A stretch of 64,000 nt of DNA from Alphaproteobacteria bacterium. Its GTDB lineage: Bacteria; Pseudomonadota; Alphaproteobacteria; CAAHEQ01; UBA3637. The notes beneath the pieces are model-generated. The model was given only the letters and a program-made list of their open reading frames with translations, was not told the origin of the DNA and searched no databases. Below, piece after piece: positions 10,379 through 19,393 of this stretch. The first letter of the stretch is position 1, and the number at the start of each line of letters is the position of its first letter. A program made the translations under genes and the position numbers. The stretch is from NCBI GenBank assembly GCA_045611705.1, contig JAZKXR010000003.1:377-64376 (forward strand). Direction: 5' to 3'.

Positions 10379-10594
10379 GTCCAGTCCCTTATAATGATAT
10401 AAAAATATACATGTATGCTATTCTATAGAAAGTGCAGAGAAAAAGCAAGGAATAAATAAGAAAAATCAAAAGAGTAAAGGGAGTTTTTGGGGCACTTCTA
10501 AGTTATTGTCTTAATATGATTTTTCCATTTTAGTAATTGGATTGATGTTTTATAAATGATTTCAGATACATAAAATAGGGCATGTTTTTTCAAA

Positions 10595-10698
10595 GTGACC
10601 AGCCAGAAGTGACCAGTGACCAGCCAGAATTTTTTATACCCCATTATAACCCTTGTATTTATTGGTGTTTGAGATATACCCGACCAGCCAGAATTTTT
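10595..10698. repeat. Clustered GACCAGCCAGAA / GTGACCAG direct repeats
   Basis: GTGACCAGCCAGAA-GTGACCAG-TGACCAGCCAGAA at 10595-10629 and GACCAGCCAGAATTTTT at 10682. Confidence 0.7.
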
Positions 10699-10838
10699 CT
10701 GTTTCGCTAGAAATATGGCGCGGCTTGCGTCCCCGCATATGAAATCTCGCCAGGAAGGACCCGTTGGATTACATCTGCGAGAGCATTGTTTTTTATAAAA
10801 ATATATGCTACTAATATACAAAATGCTATGGAGGTTTT

Positions 10839-11549
10839 ATGCAAAAAGGTGAAATTATAAGATATGTTGATATGACGATTGAAGAAGGAATGAATCTTCA
10901 ACGTGGTATGAATTACAATATTCAAGGCAGAGCTTATCATATCATTTTGATGAGCGTTAGACCTAATGCTCCATATGCAGATGAATGGATTGAAGAAGAA
11001 AATACCATCATATATGAAGGCCATGATGTTCAAAAGAATTATAATTATACAGATTTACCTTGCGATCAAGTTGACCAACCAATGAACACACCTTCTGGTG
11101 GATTGACTGAAAATGGAAAATTTTACGAGGCAGCCATGCGCCACAAAAATGATGGAGCAAAAGCCGAAGTAGTTAAAGTATATGAGAAGATACGCGATGG
11201 TATTTGGGTATATAATGGCTTTTTTAAATTGGTTGATGCTTGGATCCAAAAATCTGGGAAGCGTGATGTATTTAAATTCAAGCTTGTGATGATAGAAGAT
11301 GAAACAGAGTCAGAAAAAGCACTAGATGTTTCAAATTTAGAGATGGAACACAATAGACTTATTCCAACATCTGTTAAAGCCTTAGTTTGGGCTAGAGATA
11401 AGGGAAAATGCGTCAAATGCGGATCTAATAAAAATCTGCATTATGACCACATTATCCCATTCTCAAAAGGAGGCTCATCCAAGGACGCAAACAACATTCA
11501 ATTACTTTGTCAAACTTGTAACTTAAGAAAACACGATAAAATTGAATAG
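10839..11549 (+). CDS. HNH endonuclease with a probable SRA-like N-terminal domain (type IV restriction candidate)
   Basis: C-terminal CVKC..LHYDHIIPFSKGGSS..NNIQLLCQTCN; N-terminal PYADE..TIIYEG resembles SRA-HNH enzymes. Confidence 0.75.
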   Translation: MQKGEIIRYVDMTIEEGMNLQRGMNYNIQGRAYHIILMSVRPNAPYADEWIEEENTIIYEGHDVQKNYNYTDLPCDQVDQPMNTPSGGLTENGKFYEAAMRHKNDGAKAEVVKVYEKIRDGIWVYNGFFKLVDAWIQKSGKRDVFKFKLVMIEDETESEKALDVSNLEMEHNRLIPTSVKALVWARDKGKCVKCGSNKNLHYDHIIPFSKGGSSKDANNIQLLCQTCNLRKHDKIE

Positions 11550-11552
11550 CAT

Positions 11553-12326
11553 TTATAACCACTCTCCATAATTAGCAAGTCGGCTTAATGCGAAATGCCA
11601 GCCGCCAATCCGGCGACCCTTTTGATCACACCAGCCGGTAGAGTAGTAATGGTCAAAGAAACGGTCCAGATCTACCGTCAATTCTTTTTCCATTACATAT
11701 CGCCGCACCTCATCCTCATCTGGGGGAAGTTGGTCAAAATGATAGGGCATCACAGACTTTATCTGCCGAGCAAATACACTGCCGATTGAGCGTAACTCAC
11801 CGCTTGATGTATTTTGAAAATGTTGAGGCGTGTATAAATTTTCTTTCCTTATAACATTATTCCCTTCTTTACTTTCTTTATTTATGGGTTCATCGGGGGC
11901 TGGGGCAGGATTTTCTTCGGGCGATGGTCGGGCGGACTTTCTCTTTTTATTTTCCATCAAGCCCATATATTTCAAGTAGTTTGGCATCTTTATAAGTAGG
12001 GCGTTGTTAACGCGTATTGTCTCCACTTCATGAATGTCCTTTAACTTCTTCAACAGGCGCTTGATTTCGTCTCGGGATTTATGAAGGGCATCCGCCAAAT
12101 GCTGATAGCTGGTGACTAGTTCCCCTTTCTGAACTTCATTGGTTCCCCACTGGCGGATTGTATAATTTGCCCGCATTAAAAGATATGTGAACAGTTTCCA
12201 AGCCGCATCATCATAAAACAGAGGCCAATTGGTGAACTCACGATCCAACATAATATAACCGTTACCGGATGGAATTGTGTCCTGAAACGAGAAAGAAAGA
12301 GATATCGGGTGTCTCAGTTTTTTCAT
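11553..12326 (-). CDS. Phage/IME replication initiator-like protein (wHTH plus C-terminal domain)
   Basis: WKLFTYLLMRANY..GELVTSYQHLADAL..EIKRLLKKL and a C-terminal RFFDHYYSTGW motif typical of replisome-organiser proteins. Confidence 0.6.
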   Translation of the reverse strand: MKKLRHPISLSFSFQDTIPSGNGYIMLDREFTNWPLFYDDAAWKLFTYLLMRANYTIRQWGTNEVQKGELVTSYQHLADALHKSRDEIKRLLKKLKDIHEVETIRVNNALLIKMPNYLKYMGLMENKKRKSARPSPEENPAPAPDEPINKESKEGNNVIRKENLYTPQHFQNTSSGELRSIGSVFARQIKSVMPYHFDQLPPDEDEVRRYVMEKELTVDLDRFFDHYYSTGWCDQKGRRIGGWHFALSRLANYGEWL

Positions 12327-12335
12327 GAAACCTCC

Positions 12336-14042
12336 CTATACTTTGGGAAAACCGAATAGTTTTCTTTGTTCGGTCCAACTGGCCGGGATAGAGGCTCTGA
12401 GCAATTCTCGGGCGGTCATTGTTTTGGGTTGAGCTCCCCGTAAAATGGCATCAATAATATCCGGTGCCAAAAAGGTGAGCCGAATTTGCGCCCCGATATA
12501 GGCCGGATCCTGATGATATACTTCGGCCAGTTCATGCAGGTTTAAGTTCTTGGCTTCTTGGGTTTCACGATAAGTAAAACCGTTGGCTAAAATCTTAATG
12601 AGATAACGGTCTTCTTTCTTGGATGGCTTTTCAGCTGAGGTCAAATACAGCATATCCGATACCGTTTCGGGCAAATGAATCTCCTTGCTCCCACGATGTG
12701 TAATCAGGTTAAAGGGGACGGTAGATTCCATCAGTTCCGGTTTTGATTCATTAGGTTTCAAACTGGCTTTCAGGCGTTTGTCCATCAGGTGAAGGGCCAA
12801 CGGTTTCCAGACCACAATAATTTTATCGGCAAAAATCGTTACCCCGTGAACCAGCAGGCTGACTATTTTTTCCTTTTGTGCGCCGGTCAGTTGTTGAAAA
12901 ACAGAATCCGTTTCACGCATTGCATAAAAGACTTCGCTTTCTTTCAAGTCCGGTTGCACTTGGCAGGCTTCCTGCGCCAGCGCCTGTAACACATACGGGG
13001 ATTTAATCAGCGGATTGAGCAAGTCCATCACCAAATTATCCAACAAGTGCATGGGGATGGCATTCAGCCGACATGAATGAGGTCCGTATTTTTTGTGGGT
13101 GCTATCGGTATAATAATAGTATCGTTTTCCATTTTTTAAAGAATATCTGGGATAAAGTTTTTGCTCACAACATCCGCAAGATAAAATCCCGCGGAGTAAT
13201 CCGTTTTCCTCATTTTTACTGACCGGTTTTAACCGCCGCCGCCGTATTTTTTGTGTATTTGATTTGAATAGGTTTTGGGCGGATTCAAATGTTTCTTTAT
13301 CAATAATCGGTTGATGTTGGCCCGGGAAAGAAGTCCCTTTATGAGTAATCTCACCGATATAAACACGATTAGTAAGCATACTCCTTAAAAAGGTCCAGCC
13401 GGGAACTTTTCCCCGGAAAGTGCAATTTTCCCGTAAAAGGGCGTGCCCCACCATGGATAAATTACCGGATGATAAAAACAGTTCATAAACGTGCTTGACC
13501 TTTTCGGCATCTTCCGGCACAACCACCAGTTTTTTATTTTCACCTTTATAACCAAACGGGGGAACACCGCCGACCCACATGCCTTTTTTCTTGGATGCCA
13601 GAATCTTATCGCGGATACGCTCACCGCTGATTTCCCGTTCAAACTGCGCAAAAGAAAGAAGCACATTCAACATCAATCGCCCCATGCTATCTGCCGTATT
13701 GATATTTTGTGTCACCGATACAAAAGAGCAGTGGTGTTTATCAAAAATTTCAATCATCTTGGAAAAATCCAAAAGAGATCTGGTCAACCGGTCAATTTTA
13801 TAAATAACCACCATATCCACTTTATTCGCTTGAATATCGGCCAGTAATTCTTGAAAAGCCGGTCGGTTCATATTACCGCCGGAATAACCACCGTCATCAT
13901 AATGTTTGTCTATCAATTCCCATCCTTGATGACGTTGCGCCTTGATATAATTTTCCCCGGCTTCCCGTTGAGCTTCCAGGGTATTAAATTGTTTTTCTAA
14001 TCCTTCGTCTGTTGATTTACGTGTATAGATTGCACATCTCAT
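12336..14042 (-). CDS. Large serine recombinase
   Basis: CAIYTRKST, DDGGYSGGNMNRPAF, KIDRLTRS, recombinase domain, CGCC..C zinc ribbon. Confidence 0.92.
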   Translation of the reverse strand: MRCAIYTRKSTDEGLEKQFNTLEAQREAGENYIKAQRHQGWELIDKHYDDGGYSGGNMNRPAFQELLADIQANKVDMVVIYKIDRLTRSLLDFSKMIEIFDKHHCSFVSVTQNINTADSMGRLMLNVLLSFAQFEREISGERIRDKILASKKKGMWVGGVPPFGYKGENKKLVVVPEDAEKVKHVYELFLSSGNLSMVGHALLRENCTFRGKVPGWTFLRSMLTNRVYIGEITHKGTSFPGQHQPIIDKETFESAQNLFKSNTQKIRRRRLKPVSKNEENGLLRGILSCGCCEQKLYPRYSLKNGKRYYYYTDSTHKKYGPHSCRLNAIPMHLLDNLVMDLLNPLIKSPYVLQALAQEACQVQPDLKESEVFYAMRETDSVFQQLTGAQKEKIVSLLVHGVTIFADKIIVVWKPLALHLMDKRLKASLKPNESKPELMESTVPFNLITHRGSKEIHLPETVSDMLYLTSAEKPSKKEDRYLIKILANGFTYRETQEAKNLNLHELAEVYHQDPAYIGAQIRLTFLAPDIIDAILRGAQPKTMTARELLRASIPASWTEQRKLFGFPKV

Positions 14043-14452
14043 TGTCCAACTCCAAAAAAGCGTTTTCCCGAGGTGCGTATGCCTGTGATATGATGGGCAG
14101 CTGATGATAAACTGGTGTAATAGGTGCCGTCCATATCTACGCCCCTTTCCAAAATAGTGACACGATAGTCCGTCCCTTTATAGGTGCGGACTATCACTGT
14201 TCCCACCGGATATAAACTTTTCTTGCGTTGTTGTTTTTCAAAGAGTTTTTTAATCAGGCTTTTTGTCTTTAAGGATAATCCCCCATGGCGTAATTCTTGC
14301 AAGCGGTAAGAAACGCGCAAGATGTAAAACTCTTTATTGCCAATGCGGGTTTCTTGATTATACAGTTGCATATAGTACTGTTTCAGGACAGGAAAAGGCA
14401 AATCCGGCACAGTATTAATATCAATGTTTAAGTCAAGATCTGTATCAACCAT
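14039..14452 (-). CDS. DUF2924-like protein
   Basis: SYRLQELRHGGLS..PVGTVIVRTYKGTDYRVTIL..YYTSLSSAAHHITGIRTSGKRFFG; overlaps the recombinase start; AAGGAG RBS before ATG at 14452. Confidence 0.8.
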   Translation of the reverse strand: MVDTDLDLNIDINTVPDLPFPVLKQYYMQLYNQETRIGNKEFYILRVSYRLQELRHGGLSLKTKSLIKKLFEKQQRKKSLYPVGTVIVRTYKGTDYRVTILERGVDMDGTYYTSLSSAAHHITGIRTSGKRFFGVGQ

Positions 14453-14603
14453 AACGACTCCTTGTGAATACAATAACGCTCTTTTTACAATTTATATCCA
14501 GTTAATTCTGATGATTTTCGGCACTTTCTTCCCATTGATTGAAAACTTTCAACAAAGTGGGGAGTATGACCAGCGCCAATTCGTGTAACGGATTGTTCAT
14601 GGG

Positions 14604-14816
14604 CTACCTCTTATCAAAAGTGATTGCTGTTTTTTCGGCCGATTCCACCCAAGCATCTAAATCCGCTACATCATAAAAACTATGACCGCGTACTTTTCTG
14701 AACTTGGGGCCGGAACCGTCCACTCGATATTTTTGCAAGGTGCGTTGGGCTAACCCCAGATAGGTGGCGGCATCTTTTGTTGTGTAAAAGCGTTGCGTTA
14801 CTTTTCTTTTTTCCAT
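14604..14816 (-). CDS. Excisionase-like helix-turn-helix protein
   Basis: FYTTKDAATYLGLAQRTLQKYRVDGSGPKFRKV..YDVADLDAW (HTH_17-like). Confidence 0.85.
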   Translation of the reverse strand: MEKRKVTQRFYTTKDAATYLGLAQRTLQKYRVDGSGPKFRKVRGHSFYDVADLDAWVESAEKTAITFDKR

Positions 14817-15048
14817 CTTTTATTTCTCCATAATTTCTTGTTGACATTGCTCGCCTTATGCGAACAAGGCAAAGATAAAGCTTAAAAAGAAGAATAAACA
14901 TTGAGATTTTTTGAAGAAAACTAGAATTTTTCAAAAAATCCCAGTTTGCGAAAAAAGTGTTGAGTACAAAAAACTTGTTCCTGTTCCCCCTGAAAAATAT
15001 TGCCTTTTTATCGCCTTTTGACTATATCTTTGGATATAGGAGTATCTG

Positions 15049-15810
15049 ATGAAGAAATTTTACAGGAATTTATTTCAAGTATATTTGTTTATGGCCCGGG
15101 CTTTATTTCCGAAAGATTCAGCCCTGCAACGCGAATTTTTACTGATAAAGGTCTCAGGTCTTGAAAAGGAAATGGCCGAAGTTTTTGAAAAATTGGGTGG
15201 GGTTGCCCTTTTACGCCTGTGCCGATCGGCCAAAGAGATGAAAAAATTACAAGAGCATATTCAAACAACCGATTGGGCTTATGTCATGCGGATGTTAAAG
15301 ACAATGCAGTCTATGCAACAGGAACCCAAATTGGCAGGTAAAATCAGCCTCAACAAAGCGGCATTTGTTTTGGATAAAGACATCAAAGAGGGAAAAGCTA
15401 AAGATTCCCAAAAGAATAATGCACCCCGTTATAAAGATATCTGGCGTCAATATCGGGGTGTGGTCCATCTGATAGAGGCCCTTCAAATTATGAAAATGCA
15501 GTATCTGGAATTGACAGGCGATCCTATCCCTTTTGAAGCCTTTTTGGCGTTGGCGCTGGATCACCTGAATTTGGCCGCCTATCAACAAGGGGAAGAATTG
15601 AAGAAAATGCTGGAAGGTCATACCAAAAAGCCCATTGTGCCGGCGGATGAATTTTTTGTGATAGAAAAACCAAAACTGGCCGAAAATGAGTTAGCCACTG
15701 CCTTGGTGAAAGAGTGCCTTTTGACAGACCCGTCACTCAGTAAGAAAATCAGTAAATACCGCGCCCCTGTCTTTGATTATGGGCAATTTGACATTCTAAG
15801 CGATAATTAA
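15049..15810 (+). CDS. Hypothetical protein
   Basis: 253-aa ORF with AGGAG RBS; no recognised motif. Confidence 0.6.
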   Translation: MKKFYRNLFQVYLFMARALFPKDSALQREFLLIKVSGLEKEMAEVFEKLGGVALLRLCRSAKEMKKLQEHIQTTDWAYVMRMLKTMQSMQQEPKLAGKISLNKAAFVLDKDIKEGKAKDSQKNNAPRYKDIWRQYRGVVHLIEALQIMKMQYLELTGDPIPFEAFLALALDHLNLAAYQQGEELKKMLEGHTKKPIVPADEFFVIEKPKLAENELATALVKECLLTDPSLSKKISKYRAPVFDYGQFDILSDN

Positions 15811-15821
15811 AATTGCCTAGC
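15769..15821. repeat. Direct repeat copy 1, left of the AbiE pair
   Basis: GTCTTTGATTATGGGCAATTT-GACATTCTAAGCGATAATTAAAATTGCCTAGC; matches 17387-17440 with a few mismatches and one indel. Confidence 0.85.
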
Positions 15822-15856
15822 TGATGTCATATTTTATCTATTTTGTAAAAAAATGC

Positions 15857-15903
15857 TTGATTTTCTCCTAAAACTCTAATATAATTGGAGTAATAGGAGA
15901 AAA
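15857..15903 (+). promoter_or_regulatory. Sigma70 promoter of abiEi-abiEii overlapped by a long inverted repeat (operator)
   Basis: TTGATT-N17-TATAAT (15857/15880); TTTTCTCCTA-AA-ACTCTAAT-ATA-ATTGGAGT-AA-TAGGAGAAAA. Confidence 0.75.
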
Positions 15904-15904
15904 T

Positions 15905-16492
15905 ATGATATATTCTTTTGACGATTTAAAAACAAAATATAGTAATTACGCCAAAATTTACGATAAAATACGATATGAAGTAAAGGCAGGCCGCTTGATA
16001 CCTATTGCACGTGAATTATATGAAACCGATCCTACGACCGATGGACAATATCTGGCCGGACGTATTTTCGGACCGTCGTATTTATCTTTTGATTATGCAC
16101 TGTATGTTTATTCCCTCATTCCGGAAACTGTTTATAAGACATATACATCTGCCACATTTAACAAGCGCAGAAAAAAGAAGTATCAAAATAATTTTGGTTT
16201 GTTTACATACAGGGATGTTCCGGCAGAAGTATACCCTCTTGCCGTATTAATTCATGAGGAGAATGGCTATTCTTACCAAATTGCAACGCCCGAAAAGGCA
16301 TTATGCGATAAATTATACACTTTACCGCCCATCAAGAATTTGACAGAATTAAAGGAACTTTTGTTTGAAGATTTGCGGATAGATGAAGGAGAGTTCGCCA
16401 AGCTTAATAAGGAAGTATTAGAAAAAATAGCTCCTCTTTATCATTCAACCAATCTTCACATGCTTAGTAAGCTGATTAGGAGAACTTTATAA
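15905..16492 (+). CDS. AbiEi-like antitoxin (type IV TA)
   Basis: PSYLSFDYALYVYSLIPE..TSAT..IATPEKALCDKLY. Confidence 0.85.
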   Translation: MIYSFDDLKTKYSNYAKIYDKIRYEVKAGRLIPIARELYETDPTTDGQYLAGRIFGPSYLSFDYALYVYSLIPETVYKTYTSATFNKRRKKKYQNNFGLFTYRDVPAEVYPLAVLIHEENGYSYQIATPEKALCDKLYTLPPIKNLTELKELLFEDLRIDEGEFAKLNKEVLEKIAPLYHSTNLHMLSKLIRRTL

Positions 16493-17352
16493 TGCAAACC
16501 ATTTTAACCCAGATGTTGGAACAATATCAAACAAAAACTCTGACGGAAAAGAAAAACGCTATAAAGGAGGTTGTCCAAGAGATTGCCTTATGCGGGTTAT
16601 CTCGAGCCAATTTCTTTAAACATGTTGCATTTTATGGCGGTACAGCATTGCGTATTTTTTATGGCCTCGATCGTTTTTCTGAAGATCTGGATTTTTCGCT
16701 TATATCTCCAAATCCGGATTTTGATTTAAAACCATATTTTAATGGGCTGGAAACAGAACTGGCTTCGGTCGGCTTAAAATTTTCCATAGAAGAAAAAATA
16801 AAGTCCGTTGATTCTGACATTAAATCAGCCTTTTTAAAGGGAAATACAAAAGAACATATTGTCAGTATTTATGGCTTGCAGGACATCAATATTAACCCTA
16901 GTGAGATAATCAAAATAAAGTTTGAGGTTGATACCAATCCTCCGGCCTTTGCCTCCTTTGAGAATAAATACCGATTACTGCCGTCACCATATCAAGTTAA
17001 ACTTTATGATATGCCGTCATTATTTGCCGGTAAGGTTCATGCAGTTATTTGTCGGACTTGGAAAAATCGTGTTAAAGGGCGTGATTTATATGACTATATA
17101 TTTTACCTGTCGCACCGATCAAAAATAAATTTACCCCATTTAAAAGCAAGACTTGTAGATTCTGGTGCTTTAAAGGACGATGATACATTTACGATAGAAA
17201 CTTTAAGAACGATGTTAAATGAACGTTTTGAAGCTATTGATTACGAAAGTGCAAAACAGGATGTATTACCGTTTATTACCGATGCGAATAAATTGGATCT
17301 ATGGAGTAAGGAGTTTTTCATAGATATTAGTAAAAATCTTGCGGATAAATGA
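16492..17352 (+). CDS. AbiEii-like nucleotidyltransferase toxin (type IV TA)
   Basis: AFYGGTALRIFYGLDRFSEDLDFS, KIKFEVD, GKVHAV..RVKGRDLYD. Confidence 0.9.
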   Translation: MQTILTQMLEQYQTKTLTEKKNAIKEVVQEIALCGLSRANFFKHVAFYGGTALRIFYGLDRFSEDLDFSLISPNPDFDLKPYFNGLETELASVGLKFSIEEKIKSVDSDIKSAFLKGNTKEHIVSIYGLQDININPSEIIKIKFEVDTNPPAFASFENKYRLLPSPYQVKLYDMPSLFAGKVHAVICRTWKNRVKGRDLYDYIFYLSHRSKINLPHLKARLVDSGALKDDDTFTIETLRTMLNERFEAIDYESAKQDVLPFITDANKLDLWSKEFFIDISKNLADK

Positions 17353-17386
17353 TCAATAACAAATAAAGATTTACTTCTAATATCCG

Positions 17387-17440
17387 GTCTTTGATTATGG
17401 GCAATTTTGATATTCCGAGTGATAATTAAAATTGCCTAGC
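17387..17440. repeat. Direct repeat copy 2, right of the AbiE pair
   Basis: GTCTTTGATTATGGGCAATTTTGATATTCCGAGTGATAATTAAAATTGCCTAGC. Confidence 0.85.
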
Positions 17441-17657
17441 GGATAAAGATACGAAACAGAAAAGGCGCAAAGTTATGCCTTTTTATGGATTGCCTAGCAA
17501 AGAAAGTTTTGGGTGGTTCATTTGCTTAAATAGCACTTTTGCTTTCATCTCACAAAAATTGCGGATGAATTGTGGTAAATGGGCATTTTCACATTGAACC
17601 TAAAATTCATCACAAGAGCCTTTATAACTTAGCTTTCATCGCCTCATTTCAGGCACG

Positions 17658-17681
17658 AAAAAAGCCCGTTTGAAACGGGCT
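17658..17681 (-). terminator. Intrinsic terminator just outside the distal att site
   Basis: Minus strand reads AGCCCGTTT-C-AAACGGGCT-TTTTT (hairpin plus U-tract). Confidence 0.65.
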
Positions 17682-17688
17682 GAATCTT

Positions 17689-17710
17689 AAATTGGTGGAG
17701 GTAAGGAGGG
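17689..17710 (-). repeat. att site: duplicate of the tRNA-Ala 3' end
   Basis: AAATTGGTGGAGGTAAGGAGGG is identical to 35011-35032. Confidence 0.93.
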
Positions 17711-17975
17711 GATGCCTATTGCCCCGATTAAATAACTCAAAAGATTAAAATTTTTTTTGAGCTTTTTGGGGGCAATTTTTCTGGTGTATCACCTCTACCA
17801 CACCTTCATCAATGCCAATTTTAATCCATTTCCCTCCTGTTGTCAAGTGATATTTAAAATGGGTTCCAAAATCGCGGTGATACGGAGCTGTGTCCCAGAA
17901 CCAAAAGGACAGAAATTTACCCCATGATGTCTTGGCACAGGTCATGGGGTGGCAAAAGTGTTGGTGTCCCAGATG

Positions 17976-18410
17976 TCAAAAATACCTCAATAACCTCTCG
18001 GTAATCATACGTTGCCCCTCTTCATAAAGTCGGTCTAAATATAGCTGTTTTGTTATGCCATCATTCAGTAAGCTTATATTTCGTATGAGGTTATGAAGTG
18101 AATCTACTGAGGGATGTCTTTGTTCGCAAAGTATCATTCCAAAATAGTATTTGTTCTTGTTTAGGAACTGTTCTGAGAACTGGTATTGACTTTCCACAAG
18201 ACCAAGTTTCCTTAAGTACTTATAGCACTTTGTTATGAATCTGGTGTCTTCTTCCTGATACTTATAGTATGGCTTTTCCAGTTCGCCATCCACTTCTTCA
18301 TCTACCGATTTGAAGGGTTTTGGTTGTGGGGGCACGGTTCGTTTGGCTTCCCCAAGTTTATCCTTAATACGGTTCAAGTTTTCAGAGATTGTATCTAAAT
18401 CTACTATCAT
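17976..18410 (-). CDS. Hypothetical protein, DUF6626-like
   Basis: YKYLRKLGLVESQYQFSEQFLNKNKYYF..PSVDSL pattern; GGAG RBS. Confidence 0.55.
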   Translation of the reverse strand: MIVDLDTISENLNRIKDKLGEAKRTVPPQPKPFKSVDEEVDGELEKPYYKYQEEDTRFITKCYKYLRKLGLVESQYQFSEQFLNKNKYYFGMILCEQRHPSVDSLHNLIRNISLLNDGITKQLYLDRLYEEGQRMITERLLRYF

Positions 18411-18513
18411 TGGGACTCCTTGTTTCCTAACATTTTTATTTATCTCCCTGCGATTAAAAAATGTAATCGGGCAATTTTGAACGGATTTAATTTTTCCTAA
18501 AAAAAGTGGAAAT

Positions 18514-18558
18514 ACGATCTTGACTTAAACAAAAAATTATGCTGATCGATCGGCATAA
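18514..18558 (+). promoter_or_regulatory. Shared element motif, copy 1
   Basis: ACGATCTTGAC-N13-TATGCTGATCGATCGGCATAAC upstream of 18573. Confidence 0.6.
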
Positions 18559-18572
18559 CGAAAGGAAACACA

Positions 18573-18941
18573 ATGACCGAATTTGATGAAAGAAAAAAAC
18601 AACTCATAGAAAAATTGATGTTTTGTAATGGAACAGAACATTATTATACCAATCCGCATTTGGCATTCCAATATACGGATGGGGTAAAAATATTCTGCGA
18701 TATTGCAGAAGCATATTGGGTGTTAGATATTGTAAATAGTGTCGTTAAAACAAAGCCAGAAATGAATAATGACCTAATCAACATTATATTGAAGGTAAAA
18801 GAGGATAAAACAGCAAAAATCACATTTAGACAGCGGATTAAGTTCATTTATAATCAAAAGATTCCTTTTACGGATTGTCCAAGTGGTGAGTGGAAATTTT
18901 ATTTTAAGGATGGGGTGTTTTTCTGGAATGGGGAATACTAA
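18573..18941 (+). CDS. DUF6876-like protein
   Basis: FCNGTEHYY..YTDGVKIFCDIAEAYWVLDIV..QKIPFTDCP..F..GEY. Confidence 0.75.
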   Translation: MTEFDERKKQLIEKLMFCNGTEHYYTNPHLAFQYTDGVKIFCDIAEAYWVLDIVNSVVKTKPEMNNDLINIILKVKEDKTAKITFRQRIKFIYNQKIPFTDCPSGEWKFYFKDGVFFWNGEY

Positions 18942-19369
18942 TGAATAAGGAACAAATCAAAGAAGCGATTTTAGGTCAGCTAAATTGTCGGAAGGAGGAT
19001 ACCCCCTTGTGCCAATTTTCAACATTTTATCCCGACATGGAAATAGTGGAGATTTTGTTAAAGGGGGCTGATATTCAAAAGAGCTTTAACAATCAACCGC
19101 TCGGATGGGTATTTCAGTTCTGTGAACCAAACTGGGACAAGATTCTGGAGCTATTATTCAAATACAAATACTATGCCTTACAACTACACAAAACACGGGA
19201 TTTTGAATACCTTTTGCGATTGTTGGACAGGGTTAAGAAGGAAACAGTCCTGTATGTTTTGAACAGTATGAAGCGACACAATTTCCATTTATCCGAAAAA
19301 CAGACCCTTTTATTACAAAGAGAGGAACACACGAATTTGTTCAAACTCTTCACAGAGGTTTTTGATTAA
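18941..19369 (+). CDS. Hypothetical protein
   Basis: 142-aa ORF coupled to the upstream gene by a TAATG overlap. Confidence 0.6.
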   Translation: MNKEQIKEAILGQLNCRKEDTPLCQFSTFYPDMEIVEILLKGADIQKSFNNQPLGWVFQFCEPNWDKILELLFKYKYYALQLHKTRDFEYLLRLLDRVKKETVLYVLNSMKRHNFHLSEKQTLLLQREEHTNLFKLFTEVFD

Positions 19370-19393
19370 AAAATGTAATCAATAAATAAAGAT

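Noticed and set aside
15769-17440. Integron attC sites around AbiE
   Set aside because: The repeats lack RYYYAAC/GTTRRRY ends and no IntI-like gene is adjacent.
17745-17945. 66-aa ORF inside the distal att end
   Set aside because: No motif or convincing RBS, and it overlaps putative arm-site repeats; likely non-coding.
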